The notes: generated by a model not told the origin, from the letters alone. A stretch of DNA of 64,000 bases from Eledone cirrhosa (GCA_964016885.1 OZ024745.1:83452001-83516000), one strand, 5' to 3'. Positions 42,440-58,793 are shown, numbered from the stretch's first letter. Program-made: numbers and translations.

Positions 42440-43530
42440 AGAGGGTGATGGATTCTGTGCCTATGGCCTGATGGTGTTGGAGGTGCGCCTCACGGACAAA
42501 ACTTCAAAAGCATTTCCGCGGACAATGGCCTGTTACACCCGCTGCAACAGTCACTCTCCGTCGTGCGTCTCCTTCCTTAGACGGGCTTCTGGCGTTCTTA
42601 CCTTGCGGAGGTGTTAGTCAGAACGGGGTCCGAGGACGCCTGAGGTCGCGACGGCCACTAGTTCGAAGAGAACGCAGCCGAACAATCCCCGATATTTGTT
42701 TGTTTTCATAACCTTTGCGTTGCGGGATGCAGTACCGGGGTTTCTGGCCGAAGCGACTAAGTTGGAGCCGGAGAACGTGTCACAACATGTGGGGTCCAGG
42801 ATGAGGCATCTACTGCCTTCGAATAGGAAGAGGATAATTCCGTCGGCGCGGTTGCCGTTTCCGTGGTTGTGGCCTACTGGATTCACTTGTGATGGGAAGC
42901 CAGCTGCATTCAGGCCCCTTTTCAATATGCCGTTCAAAGTGGCATATCGGAGGAACCGACCTGCGCTCTGGTGTCATGACAGTGGGTGCAGGGAAAACTT
43001 GTCAACAACATCCCCACAAAGGCGTGTATATGGCCCATATACGTGGCCACTCCAATGCCAGTGCACTCGTCACGAAGCAGAGTATCGGTTGATGAGGAGG
43101 CAGTCGGAGGGAGTCGAGACGGTGTTGATCCAAGCCAGACTCGATTAACCTTTAGGAGGACCTGCATTTGATGTCATCTCAGATAAGCTGGTAGCATTTG
43201 TATACTGGGTCAGAGAGGCATTTGCCTGTCCTGTCGGCCAGAGCCTGCTCGAGCACCGGGGTCACGTCCGGTCCGGCAGTCTAGATGAGGACTTCGCTGA
43301 CGAGAGTGCGACTGGAGGAGATTGAGGAAAGTTATGCCGTTAATGCCAGATCCATGACGAGGCCACCGAATCTCGCTGCGTGCTTCGACTGTTGCCAGCC
43401 GGCACTCTCGAACCTGACATTGCAGATGAGTTCTGCAGAGCGTCGAAGGGTGGTGTCGAGTTCACGGAGATGATCTGCGTGGGGGTGACAAGGCGCACCG
43501 CGAAACATGGGAAGACTCAAGGATGATGGT
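42440..43530 (-). mobile_element. CRE-like (restriction-like endonuclease) non-LTR retrotransposon, decayed 3' fragment
   Basis: GC-rich island. NGILKRGL..AG.PS..NPVG...GNRADG...G..LILDPTCCDT...K..KY..F..VAVATSGVLG resembles the CRE RLE (RPD...D...E.K) domain. ARFGGL lies upstream. Confidence 0.75.
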
Positions 43531-43972
43531 CATAGGCGGTCATGTACGTATTTTGAATGGGTCTCTCTTGAGAGAGCAAAGGGAATTATGAAATGAGAAA
43601 GGCGCAATAATGGAAGACAAATATAAATTGTAAGCTGTGGGCATGGTATGTGTAATGATGAATATTATAAAAATCACTTGTCCTATGCTCTATTTAGCAG
43701 GGTCAAATCCATCATCACATACTTGCAAATTAAACTACTTCACCACACTCTCGTGCAAGTATATACAATAAATACTTTGCAATGTATCAGCCGCAACGCA
43801 CATCTTAGATGATTAGCTAGAAAATTCATTTCTCTATAAGATCTTTCTAGAGCGACGTTGGGAAATAGGAAATGAATGTCTGAACATATAATACTGGATA
43901 TTCTCGACATGATATTCAGATACTATTTTAAAGACATCTTTTGTTGCTTGAAGTAAAAGTTCACAAATTGGC

Positions 43973-44539
43973 ATAATCGTTTGAATGTCGGATAGAGTGA
44001 CTTGCGGTATTCATTCCGGCTCCCTGCAGCATTCTGAGTTCAAATCCCAACGAGGTCAACTTTGCTTTTCATCCTTTCGAGATTGATAAAAACTATACCA
44101 CACATATACTGGGTTCCTTTCTTCCTCTATATCTCCTTCTCCCTTCCTCTCCTTTTCATTGTCTCTCCTTCTCTGGAAGAAATTGTGTGTCTTTGGGACC
44201 TGGAAAAGGGAAAGGACACCTCAGGTTTAAAAGAAAATACCCCAAATCGCTGTATGATACTACAGTGCCCCTGCGACTCATCGGGTATTTAGGGATAAAA
44301 AGCAAAGTAAGTAAAAGTTAACGGGCAGGGATTTTATGTCAGTTTTATTAAATATTGTAAACATTGGTTTATTGTTTACGATTCATTTGTGGAAATGGAA
44401 AATGTTTCAATGTAACCATTTTCTATTCAATCATTATTCACTTAGTTTATACTCAGGAAGGATGATTAATGTGCCAATCAGGACTGGTTGTAAATAGTTT
44501 GATAGATAGCAGCTGAGATTTGGACTCAAGGAAAATGAT
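43973..44539. repeat. ~567-bp inverted repeat, left arm (partner 47867-48433); contains a SINE
   Basis: Near-identical reverse complement; the ORF track shows the same peptide at 44062+ and 48344-. Confidence 0.92.
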
Positions 44540-46930
44540 GTTTTTATGGTACGGGTAATATAGGCCAGTGTCAATATTAAGGGATATATCCAAGAAGTTA
44601 GCTAGTTTGACGTTGTTATCATCAAATTCAATTTTAAGGTTATGTTGCTTAAAGAGATCACGTATATTATTCTTAATAATATTAAGGTTAACTAAATTGC
44701 AATTTAAGATAGTAATATATCCATCGTCACGATAAATTCCACCGCGAAGTTGAGAAATTTTCCGATTTAAAGAATTCAAAATACAAATACCAATCAAATC
44801 AGTCAATTGCGATGAACTTCTATTAATAATAATATTCCTAAACTATTCTGTAGGGCCTTAGATAAATGCTTCCCTCCCTCACATATCTATAGTAAAATCT
44901 TCAACAAATATACAATACAATTTTCCTATTCCACCTCCTCCAAAATCTCTAAAATTATCTCTAAACACAACAATAAAATATTAAATATTAAATTGCATCC
45001 TTCCAACACTGAGCGTCATAATAATAGCAGTAGTACTCCCGACGTCATTGTAGCTCTAGGCTAGATTCTGCAAACTCAAATACGACGTCAAACGTAACTT
45101 CGTTGAATGTTCATAATACCAATCTAAATCAGGAAACTATTATTCCTATCGTAAATAACTTCTCCAATCCAATTCCTCCTATAAATAACACTAGGTAACT
45201 TGTTAATAACTCTGCTAATTTCTCTAAACGCAATTGTAATTGCCCTGTTAGAACTAAATGTCCTCTCAATAAACATTGTCTTGATAAAAACTTAGTCTAT
45301 GAATGTAAGGTTATAACTGATACCAATTCCTTTACCTATTTCGGTTCCACTTCCACCTCCTTCAAAGCTAGATTTTATAATCACAATTCGTCTTTTAAAT
45401 ACCAACTTAAAAGAACTAACACGGCATTCTCAGAACTCATATGATCCTTGAAAGACAAAAATATTAACTATAAGGGCTCTTGGAGAAAAGTTTGTTCTGC
45501 CTCTCCCTACTTGAATGCATCCCTATCCAGAACATGTAATCTTTGTCTAGCTGAGAAATTTACCATTATATCTAATTTCAATTCCATAATAAATAGACGC
45601 ACTGATTTATTTTCTCTCTGCTTGCATAAATTCCACAGAACATTCCATAAAGTATACAGCTAATATCTTATATCTTACTAGTTTAAAATCCTTTTTCTCA
45701 AAGGCTTTCAAAAATATACCCATCTTTCTACCTTATTTCAATATTATTTTTTATATATTATATAATACAAGTTACTCATTATATATCATTCCTCTTTATC
45801 ACTTTCCTTTCTTCCTCTTTTCTTTTTAATTTCTAACCTCTAATCTGTACTTTTTCTTCCTAACTACTTCTCAATTTTTATTATTACTCACCACACCATT
45901 ATCCATTCTTCCATCTTTCTTCATATCATTGGCCATAAAAATTATTATTATTCTTTTAATACATTATAGTATTACCTTTAATAGTCCTTCGTAAACATAA
46001 ACATTTTATTTTACGTTAGATTTTTCTTCCTTAAATTCCTTATCTCATCCTTTCATGCTCGTTTGACTTTTACATATTACAATACATAAAAACAAACTTA
46101 AACCCTAACTAATTTCTTTTAATATATTATATTATTACCATTAGAAAATAGTTCGTAAACATATATATTTTTTGATGTTAGATATTTTCTTCCTTAAACA
46201 TTCTTTTTTTCTTTGCTTTCTGCGCTCATTTTTAAACAACTATTTACGTACACATATTACGTACACATATTACATTACATAAAAACAAACTTAAACCCTA
46301 ACTAATTCCTCTAAATTCATAACTCATTCATTCTTCTACTTCTTTTCACATTATATCCTTAATAATATTAATATTTTTATTTTAATAATACATATTAATA
46401 ATTTCTTTTCCTCGCACATATTATTAAACCCTTCAATATACAAACCTTAATTTAATATTATTCTTAATCCCTTTTTCTCTTCATGTATAAACCTCATTAA
46501 CTTTTAATTTCAAATTCTTTAAAATTATCTATTATCTTCCAACGGCTTTTTAACTTCTCTCTATGAGACAATATATATTTTTTTCTCAGTTGTAAAGGCT
46601 ATCTCTCTCTCTCTCTCTATCACCCATCTCTCCTCCTCTCTCATCCTTCCTTCTTATACTCCTCCCCCACCATTCTTTACTCTCATCTCCTCCTCTTCCT
46701 TACCTTTTCCAATACTCTCACCTTTTCCCAATCTCATACATCAATCTTAAATTATTTTTCATATGTTGATTTAAAACTTCACTATTCACAAGTGTTTTTT
46801 AAGCTTCATATCATGTATCCCTATTTTATCTGATGAAAACGCAGATATCATCCCATGATGATATTTGTTTTTGAAATGCGCATAATAAAATACTTAGAAC
46901 TCTTTTAACCATCTTTTGATCTTATATTAT
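44540..46930 (+). mobile_element. Penelope-like element 3' part, with an inverted RT fragment (44540-44820, -)
   Basis: Minus strand GIYRDDG, NFLDISLN. Plus strand CNCPVRTKCPL..C...VYEC...YFGST..FKARF..H and CNLC. HHR at the 3' end. Confidence 0.85.
46822..46892 (+). ncRNA. Type I hammerhead ribozyme with a long stem II and palindromic stem III
   Basis: TATTTTAT-CTGATGA-AAAC[GCAGATATCATC CCAT GATGATATTTGT]TTTT-GAAA-TGCGCA-TA-ATAAAATA. Confidence 0.88.
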
Positions 46931-47042
46931 ATATATATATATATACAGACATATATATGTGTGTGTGTATATATATATATATAGGTGTGTGTATATATAT
47001 ATATATATATGTTCATAACGAATGTAGAAAGGTAACATATAT

Positions 47043-47163
<121 letters not shown>

Positions 47164-47866
47164 ATTACGTTGGTAGAAATCCATAGATGAAAGAACCACT
47201 GCTCGATCTTTTGGAAGAGAGCTTATTTAGTATAAACAAAGTTTCAAACACTTAACATGAATGTGATACGAACGGTTTCTAAGTCCAATCATTGCCCTCA
47301 TTGTATAATGGAGGTGGAACTTTTAAACTGACCCTTCATTCAGACAGTTAGGGGCGTAGAACGTTTGGAAATGTATTCAGGCATTTTATTACGAAAATCC
47401 TCGGTAAACGTCAGGAAACAAGTGTGTGACGAAATGACAGTGGCCGTTATTTAAACATCACAATGAAGGCATGGACAATAGTATCATTATTGTCATTACT
47501 TTTTAAAGAGAAATTAATTCTTAAATTTTCAAGTTTTTATTTACATTTAAATATTTATTGCATAGAAATATAAATGAAAACACATTGCATGACTGGAGGT
47601 GTATTTGACTGAAAGTTTTAAATATAATGTTCAAGATATTTTTGATTCAAATAGAGAAAACTATTTGGAAAGTTAAGAGGAAACTACGTATTTAATAACT
47701 GTAGTTGACATTAATTATTTACAGCACTATCAAAGTTGTAAAATTAATTCTAATATTAATTCTAACCACTCATGCTAAGTTATCTGAGGACGAAAACCTC
47801 TGGAAATGATGAATAACATGTGAAATTTAAAGTATTGATAACTAAGTCATTCATTATAATTTAAAT

Positions 47867-48433
47867 ATCATTTTCCTTGAGTCCAAATCTCAGCTGCTAT
47901 CTATCAAACTATTTACAACCAGTCCTGATTGGCACATTAATCATCCTTCCTGAGTATAAACTAAGTGAATAATGATTGAATAGAAAATGGTTACATCGAA
48001 AAACTTTCCATTTCCACAAATGAATCGTAAACAATAAACCAATGTTTACAATATTTAATAAAACTGACATAAAATCCCTGCCCGTTAACTTTTACTTACT
48101 TTACTTTTTATCCCTAAATACCCGATGAGTCGCAGGGGCACTGTAGTATCATACAGCGATTTGGGGTATTTTCTTTTAAACCTGAGGTGTCCTTTCCCTT
48201 TTCCAGGTCCCAAAGACACACAATTTCTTCCAGAGAAGGAGAGACAATGAAAAGGAGAGGAAGGGAGAAGGAGATATAGAGGAAGAAAGGAACCCAGAAT
48301 ATGTGGGGTATAGTTTTTATCAATCTCGAAAGGATGAAAGGCAAAGTTGACCTCGTTGGGATTTGAAATCAGAATGCTGCAGAGAGCCGGAATGAATACC
48401 GCAGGTCATGCTATCCGACATTCAAACGATTAT
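47867..48433. repeat. Right arm of the 567-bp inverted repeat
   Basis: Reverse complement of 43973-44539. Confidence 0.92.
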
Positions 48434-49292
48434 ATATGTGTGTGTGTTGGGGGGGGGGGGGGGGGTAAATCCCTGGGTATATTTTTAAAAGGCAAAAGAA
48501 TGACTTCACTTGCAGTTCTAAACAATTAGATTTAATTTTATATTATAATTTTACAATTTGGATTTGTAGACCTAGTAAGTTCTTTGTTAACTTCGGTGGG
48601 GAGAATTTATAAAGATTCTTGTCTGGGTGGGGTGTTGTTAATGAGTATGGGAGTGATGGAGTTGTTGATTAAGATTTAGAGGAATTAAATCATATATACA
48701 TACAGAAAATAATGAATGGTAAGAGCAAGATAAGTGATTGGGAGTGGATTTTCGAGGTGTTGGGGTGTTTAAGGAGTGTTTTAGAAATGGGTTGTAAAAG
48801 TGCCCTACTGTTGGTTCAATTTCAATAAATGACCCTTGCTGAATATAATGGCCAGATGTTCTTCAAATTCTTTTCTCATAGCTGAATCAACTATCTTAAA
48901 TTTATGAAGAATAACTTCAACAATTTTCTATATTAAGGTTGAATTTGGGTGTGCGTCTGGTGCTGGTGAGGAGGGAGGGGTTAATGAGGTGTAAGTTACA
49001 TGTCTTTTGATTAAATTGGGATGACATCAAAGAGAAAAAATGAAGTTATTTTTGAAATATTTGTTGATACAAATGTATGTTGTTGATGTTGGTCTCGGAG
49101 GTGAGGGGAGGGGGGTCATGCTAACGCACATATTTACTTCCCTACATGTAGACATACATACAGTCCGTATACATCTACTAAAACATGTATACACATCTAC
49201 TCAAGTATTTAAATTTACATATACATTGAGTGTGGGGTGGAATTAGAGAAATGGTAGTGTACATTGGATATTTTTATTTTCATTTTTATCAT

Positions 49293-49360
49293 CATTGAAT
49301 GATATCTGCGTTTTTATCAGATAAAATAGTGATACATGATATGAAGCTTAAAACACACTT
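49293..49360 (-). repeat. Partial copy of the 46790-46860 PLE/HHR end
   Basis: Reverse complement of AAGCTTCATATCATGTATC.CTATTTTATCTGAT.AAAACGCAGATATCAT. Confidence 0.7.
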
Positions 49361-49433
49361 TTGATGTATGTGTATATATAAATATATATATATATATATA
49401 CTCATACAAATATGTATATACGGGTTTGCATAA

Positions 49434-49488
<55 letters not shown>

Positions 49489-49507
49489 TGTAGATAAATC
49501 TACCAAA

Positions 49508-49544
<37 letters not shown>

Positions 49545-50223
49545 TGTATGTGTTTGATCTCCATTGTTAATACGAAGCATTGTGAGATAGATTGTATTGG
49601 CATTACTATTTTATAACAGCAACTGCTTGTATACCTTTGACTGACCACCTGACCTATTTTCACCCCTAAAATAAGCTTCAATTACTACTATTTTACCATT
49701 TGGCCAATTATTAACTTTCTATTGGTTAATTCTATTGGTTAATTCTTACCATACAGACAGAATATATTAGATCTTTATTGGTTTTATTCAATGAACAAAT
49801 AAAATTATTTCTGAGGTCAGCATAAGACCTATTTCTTCCCTAAAATATTCCTTCATTCATAATACTCTTTTCCATCCAAAACTGAAATCTACCTTCCTCT
49901 ACCCATAATTTAAGGTTCTTCTACTACTATATTACTATCTTGACCCGCACCATCTCCTGATTGGTCAATTCAAAACCTGTTCCCAAACAGACCTATTGTA
50001 TTGAATCTTTGCTTTTTTCAATAAACAAATATCATTATTTCTGAAGACAGCATATATATGTGTAGGTATGTATATTCCCTCTGATAGTTTGTATAAATAT
50101 TGTACATAGATCTATAGAATATGCAGACCAACTCTAACACATATATATCCTAGAAAAGATCGTAAAATGATGAATTTTTTTTAATATAAGGAACTGTTTC
50201 TTTGTTTATTCATTATTTTATTA

Positions 50224-50276
<53 letters not shown>

Positions 50277-50297
50277 CATATATATATACATATATAT

Positions 50298-50365
<68 letters not shown>

Positions 50366-50517
50366 TTATGCAAATCCGTATATATATATATATATATATA
50401 TACATATTTGTATGAGTGAGTGTGTGTGTGTCTGTGTGTCTGTGTATTCGTGTGTGTGTATTCGTGTGTGTGTTGTGTGTGTGTATCTGTCTATGTGTGA
50501 GTGTGTGTCTGTACTTC

Positions 50518-50549
<32 letters not shown>

Positions 50550-51649
50550 AATATGTGTGTGTGGGGGGGGGGTGAGTGTGTGTGTGTGTATGTAGCGTAT
50601 GTGTTAGATCTCCATTGTTAATACGAAGCATTGTGAGATAGATTTTAACGTGCTTCAGAATGTGTCAACGACAGATTGGAATTATATCAGTGAAAATCTA
50701 AGCAAAATTTTATCAATTGTTTATATTTTTTGTTCATTTTTCATTAGATTATTATGAATAGAATAGGTTTCAAGAGAAAAAACATGCGAAAAACACTTCG
50801 TACTGATCTGTACGTATGGACGTGGAGGTGTTTTATGCGTGCGTCTAAGTTGGTATTTCATGATTTTTCATATATTTATTTCAATCGTTAATAAGCATAA
50901 CCTTATTCCCGAAGTTACCAATATCTCGGTGGTTATGATATGTCTTCGAAAGTTCTCTTTTTCCTTTAGGGTAAAATATTTTTGAAGACGTTCTTTGATG
51001 GAAGTGTTCAGTTTAAGAACGTTATGTATGACGGAATGCCCAGGATATATATTATATGATATATGTTATATAAGTCCGTAAACACTTAAGTAGATTCATT
51101 CTCAGATAGCTATTTTGGGGGAGTAATCCCAATAGAGAACCAGCACTATATTCAGTCCCTCACAAGGTTTACATGGTGGACTGCAGTGACGTGACGACTT
51201 TAGAAATCAAATGCTTTTAAATAGATAAAGCATGGAATTTACTTCAATATATGGTTCATAAACGTCATGCGTGTATATCAAATCTGCAATTGTATATTAC
51301 AAATAAAATTATATATTTTCATATTTTTCCTCTTAGGTTAACTTTATAACGCAAAACTATGACAAACTAAAGTGGAGTTTCAAAATTTAATATTGAAACT
51401 CTTCAAACCATATAATTTCATCTATTATTCGATTACTCTATTTGAAAAATATCAAAGAACAACGATTAATAAGATGTAAGAAATGTGGTGAAGAGTACGT
51501 TTGCAAGTATTTAGTATTTCTTTAAAAACGTATGTATTGATTGGTAACTGCTGATGGAGATGTAGGGGAATTGTATTGATATACGGCGTTTGGTGGGAAT
51601 TTAAAACTTGTCGAAATCCATCTACACTCAAAATCTGAATATAGGAGAT

Positions 51650-51850
51650 TTCTTCCAGAGAAGGATAGAGAGTTTAAAAAAGGAAGTAAGAAAAGACATA
51701 TAAAGAAAGAATCAACCCCAGTAGTAAATTGATACCATTTTATTGATCTTGAAACGATGAAAGGCTAATTTGATCTAGGCGGCATTTCACCTCAAAGAGC
51801 AGAGATCCAGAACGTTTGCGTAGAGCAGTATATCTGTCGCTCTACATTTA
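51650..51850 (-). mobile_element. Diverged SINE copy (related to 48225-48420)
   Basis: TTCTTCCAGAGAAGGA...TTTATTGATCTTGAAACGATGAAAGGC. Confidence 0.6.
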
Positions 51851-52303
51851 AGCTAAAGTCACAAGATAAACTCGCCTCAATACAACATTATTGTTAAGAC
51901 CACTTTCAATAACTAGATGAATTGTTGCTTTATGCCAATATAAGTTTTATGAATCTTGTTCTAGATACGAAATATTGCATCGTGTTAAAAGTTATTTTCG
52001 ATTGCTCAGCGGGAAGCCATACGACGGAAATGAGACATCTATATATAAAGAGAAAATATTATTTCAGTATAACAGGGAGTTGGTAAACATAATTTTACTT
52101 CACCAATATACACACACACACGTACTTATATACATATTTCTATGTATGTATATATATATATATATATATGGATCTACCAACTCATAATATTATAATATTA
52201 TAACATTTAATCATAAATTTTTTAAAGCTACAAGTGAAGTCATTCTTTTCCTTTTTTCACATTATATATATATATATATATATATATAGTTTTAATATAG
52301 ATG

Positions 52304-52354
52304 AGATTCTACAGGACTAGAACTGTTTCATTCATTAGAAATCATCAGGAATCT
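52304..52354 (-). ncRNA. Type I hammerhead ribozyme, family C
   Basis: Reverse complement of the 40709-40759 motif. Confidence 0.85.
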
Positions 52355-53031
52355 GGGTATCAAAAAATAAAAATGGTATTTATAGGTCTCTACAAGTGGT
52401 AGGAGAGGGTGGGGAGTGGGATGGGTGCAGGTCATTGGTTGATAGAAAAGGGAATTCATTAAAAGCAATTTCTACAAAGCTATAGTTAATTTTTATTTTT
52501 ATTTATATTTATTTATGTTTTTAGAGTAACAAAGGCAGACAGAATTCTATAAACAGGTTCCGGATGGCATACCATTCCTTGTCAATAAGTTTCTCTTAAG
52601 CTAACAGATGTCTATAAAATCAGTGGGGGGTCAGTCATGCTCGATAGAGTTAAAGAAAAGGGAGATTCTTTAAAAGCTAAAGTCATTAAGGTTCTACTAA
52701 GTGACAAAGGTCTAGAGAATTCTGCAGACAGATTCAAAATACTGAGTGCATATCTTACTATTATCTTCGAACTTCTCTTAAACTAATCAACAATATGCCA
52801 AAAATCAACAGACACATTCACAAAAAAACAAAAAAACAAAAAAAAACAAAAAAAAAACGAAAAAACAAAAAAACACACATAAAAAACAAAAAAACACACA
52901 TACTCACTCACACAATTACGCGCAACCATAAACACACACACAAACACATATACACACATAAAAACACACACACATATATAAAAAAAAAATATAAATATGT
53001 ATAAATATATATTCATGTACACACACATACA

Positions 53032-53065
<34 letters not shown>

Positions 53066-53127
53066 ATACATATACACATATACATACACACATACATACA
53101 CATACACATATACATATACATATATAT

Positions 53128-53186
<59 letters not shown>

Positions 53187-53217
53187 TACACACATACACA
53201 CACACACACATATATAC

Positions 53218-53270
<53 letters not shown>

Positions 53271-53415
53271 CATATATATATACACACACACAGATACACA
53301 CACACACATACACATACATACACACACACACACATATATACACAAATAAATACACTCACACGCATACATACAAACACGAGTATACATATGTATAAATATC
53401 TATACACACACACAT

Positions 53416-53460
<45 letters not shown>

Positions 53461-53467
53461 CATATAC

Positions 53468-53502
<35 letters not shown>

Positions 53503-53533
53503 CATATATATATATCTCTATACACACACATAC

Positions 53534-53567
<34 letters not shown>

Positions 53568-53668
53568 CCATACATACACAAACATACACATACATACACA
53601 GACCTATACATAAAGATACACATATATATACAGACATATAACACACATATACACACACATATATACAT

Positions 53669-53713
<45 letters not shown>

Positions 53714-53861
53714 TATATATATATATATATACATATATATACACACACACACATATACACACACATACATATACATATATATATATACACACACACGCGC
53801 ATACACACATACACACACCCACACACAAAATATATATACACACACTCTCTCTCTCATGCAC

Positions 53862-53894
<33 letters not shown>

Positions 53895-53913
53895 TATATA
53901 CATATATATACAT

Positions 53914-53964
<51 letters not shown>

Positions 53965-54138
53965 TACATATATATATACACATACATATACATACACATA
54001 TACATACATACACATACACACATATATATATACATATACACATACAAATACACACACATACACACATATATACAAATACATACACACATACACATACATA
54101 TACACATATATATACACACACATATATACACACATACG

Positions 54139-54184
<46 letters not shown>

Positions 54185-54199
54185 TATATACACATACAT

Positions 54200-54252
<53 letters not shown>

Positions 54253-54333
54253 TACACATACACATACATATATATATACATATATATATACATATATATA
54301 TACATACATATACACACATATATATATATACAC

Positions 54334-54396
<63 letters not shown>

Positions 54397-54495
54397 CTCA
54401 CATTCATATACATACATATACACACACACACATACACGCTTATACATATATACATACAAATACACACACATACACATATACATACATATATATAC

Positions 54496-54590
<95 letters not shown>

Positions 54591-54638
54591 CACACACTGC
54601 CCACACAATCATATACATATATATATACATATATACAC

Positions 54639-54781
<143 letters not shown>

Positions 54782-54820
54782 TACATATACATATATACAT
54801 ATACACACATACACATATAC

Positions 54821-54878
<58 letters not shown>

Positions 54879-55116
54879 ATACACACATACATACATATAC
54901 ATGCATACATACATATATATATATCTATATATACATATATATATACACATATATATACACATATGTATACACACACACACACATACATATACACATATAT
55001 ATACACACATATACACACACATACATACATACACACATACACATACATATACATAAACATACACACACACATACACACATATACATACATACATACATAC
55101 ATACCTACACATATAT

Positions 55117-55177
<61 letters not shown>

Positions 55178-55316
55178 TATATATATATATATATACACAT
55201 ACATACATATACACAAACACATACATACATATACATACATAAATATACACACATAAAACACATATACAACAAACATATATATATACACACACATATATAT
55301 ACACATATATATATAT

Positions 55317-55369
<53 letters not shown>

Positions 55370-55490
55370 TATATATATATACATACATACATACATACAT
55401 ACATAGATACATATACACAAACACATACATACATATACCTACATAAATATACACACATAAAAACACATATACACACAAACATATATATAT

Positions 55491-55587
<97 letters not shown>

Positions 55588-55654
55588 TATACACATATAC
55601 ACATATACAAACAAATATATACACATATTTATATATATACACATTTATATACAC

Positions 55655-55696
<42 letters not shown>

Positions 55697-55718
55697 ATAT
55701 ATATGCGTTTATATACAC

Positions 55719-55762
<44 letters not shown>

Positions 55763-56129
55763 ATATATATGTGTGTGTATATATATATGTTTGTTGTATA
55801 TGTGTTTTATGTGTGTATATTTATGTATGTATATGTATGTATGTGTTTGTGTATATGTATGTATGTGTATATATATATATATATATGTGTGTATATATGT
55901 GTAGGTATGTATGTATGTATGTATATGTGTGTATGTGTGTGTGTATGTTTATGTATATGTATGTGTATGTGTGTATGTATGTATGTGTGTGTATATGTGT
56001 GTATATATATGTGTATATGTATGTGTGTGTGTGTGTATATATATGTGTATATACATGTGTATATATATATGTATATATAGATATATATATATATGTATGT
56101 ATGCATGTATATGTATGTATGTGTGTATG

Positions 56130-56188
<59 letters not shown>

Positions 56189-56227
56189 GTATATGTGTAT
56201 GTGTGTATATGTATATATGTATATGTA

Positions 56228-56260
<33 letters not shown>

Positions 56261-56275
56261 GTGCGTGTGTGTGTG

Positions 56276-56312
<37 letters not shown>

Positions 56313-56356
56313 GTGTATATATGTATATATATATATGTATATGATTGTGTGGGCAG

Positions 56357-56390
<34 letters not shown>

Positions 56391-56532
56391 GCATGAGAGA
56401 GAGAGTGTGTGTATATATATTTTGTGTGTGGGTGTGTGTATGTGTGTATGCGCGTGTGTGTGTATATATATATATGTATATGTATGTGTGTGTATATGTG
56501 TGTGTGTGTATATATATGTATATATATATATA

Positions 56533-56593
<61 letters not shown>

Positions 56594-56696
56594 GTGTATG
56601 TATATATGTGTGTGTATATGTGTGTTATATGTCTGTATATATATGTGTATCTTTATGTATAGGTCTGTGTATGTATGTGTATGTTTGTGTATGTAT

Positions 56697-56752
<56 letters not shown>

Positions 56753-56783
56753 GTATGTGTGTGTATAGATATATATATATATG

Positions 56784-56817
<34 letters not shown>

Positions 56818-56825
56818 TGTATATG

Positions 56826-56896
<71 letters not shown>

Positions 56897-57040
56897 ATGT
56901 GTGTGTGTATAGATATTTATACATATGTATACTCGTGTTTGTATGTATGCGTGTGAGTGTATTTATTTGTGTATATATGTGTGTGTGTGTGTATGTATGT
57001 GTATGTGTGTGTGTGTATCTGTGTGTGTGTTATATATATG

Positions 57041-57074
<34 letters not shown>

Positions 57075-57138
57075 TATATGTATTTATATATATGTATATA
57101 TATATATGTATATATGTGTGTGTGTGTGTATGTGTGTA

Positions 57139-57209
<71 letters not shown>

Positions 57210-57263
57210 GTATATGTATATGTGTATGTGTATGTATGTGTGTATGTATATGTGTATATGTAT

Positions 57264-57297
<34 letters not shown>

Positions 57298-57973
57298 TGT
57301 ATGTATGTGTACATGAATATATATTTATATATATTTATATATTTTTTTTATATATGTGTGTGTGTTTTTATGTGTGTATATGTGTTTGTGTGTGTGTTTA
57401 TGGTTGCGCGTAAGTGTGTGAGTGAGTATGTGTGTTTTTTTGTTTTTTATGTGTGTTTTTTTGTTTGTCGTTTTTTTTTGTTTTTTTTTTGTTTTTTTGT
57501 TTTTTTGTGAATGTGTCTGTTGATTTTTGGCATATTGTTGATTAGTTTAAGAGAAGTTCGAAGATAATAGTAAGATATGCACTCAGTATTTTGAATCTGT
57601 CTGCAGAATTCTCTAGACCTTTGTCACATAGTAGAACCTTAATGACTTTAGCTTTTAAAGAATCTCCCTTTTCTTTAACTCTATCGAGCATGACTGACCC
57701 CCCACTGATTTTATAGACATCTGTTAGCTTAAGAGAAACTTATTGACAAGGAATGGTATGCCATCCGGAACCTGTTTATAGAATTCTGTCTGCCTTTGTT
57801 ACTCTAAAAACATAAATAAATATAAATAAAAATAAAAATTAACTATAGCTTTGTAGAATTAGCTTTTAATGAATTCCCTTTTCTATCAACCAATGACCTG
57901 CACCCATCCCACTTCCCACCCTCTCCTACCACTTGTAGAGACCTATAAATACCATATTTATTTTTTGATACCC

Positions 57974-58024
57974 AGATTCCTGATGATTTCTAATGAATGA
58001 AACAGTTCTAGTCCTGTAGAATCT
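57974..58024 (+). ncRNA. Type I hammerhead ribozyme, family C
   Basis: Same sequence as 40709-40759. Confidence 0.85.
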
Positions 58025-58222
58025 CATCTATATTAAAACTGTTATACTCTGCTATGTATTGAGTACCTTACTTACTGTGGTTACCTCCGATTCAACCCGG
58101 AATAACGTATATATATATATATATATATATAAGTATGTATACGTACATAACTATATGTATACAGATATACAGTAGTATGTATATATATATTTTGTTTCAT
58201 TTTTTCCATTTATATATATATT

Positions 58223-58660
58223 CCCTTCGTTGCTGTAGTGGAGTCTGTGCTGCTGTATGGGCCTGAGACTTGGACACTGACCAAGAAACTCACTCAGATG
58301 GTGGATGGGTGCTACACGAGAATGCTGAGGATGCATCTGAACATTAATCAGTATACACTGAGAATGAAAAACTCAGAGCTGTATGGGAGCACCCCAAAAG
58401 TCAGCTCAAAAGTGACACAGAGGAGACTGAGGTTGGCTGGACATGCTCACCGACATCCAGAGTTGACATTGCACTCAGTGCTCCTTTGGAAGCCACTACA
58501 TGGACACACTAGAAGAGGAAGACCAAGGTTAACGTATGTTGATCCCCTAAGGACAGCCACTGGTCTGTTGGAGACGCAGGACATGACAGCGATAATGAGG
58601 GACAGAGACCACTGGAGAGAACTCGTCCATGGATCTCGGGAATTTTACCCGCCTTAGATA
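58223..58660 (+). mobile_element. RTE-like LINE 3' fragment
   Basis: ESVLLYGPETWTLT...RRLRLAGHAHRH...RGRPRLTY...DRDHWR, with a (TAGA)/(TA) tail. Confidence 0.85.
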
Positions 58661-58705
58661 GATAGATATATATATAATATATATATATAATATATATATA
58701 ATATA

Positions 58706-58793
<88 letters not shown>

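Noticed and set aside
47780-47820. CTGAGGA...GAAA hammerhead-like motif (also ~47262-47310 on minus, 50079-50120 and 62449)
   Set aside because: Stem II/III or the core could not be completed. At best these are heavily decayed.
51336-51475. Possible host exon (cttag|G ... AT|gtaag)
   Set aside because: Stop codons occur in all three frames.
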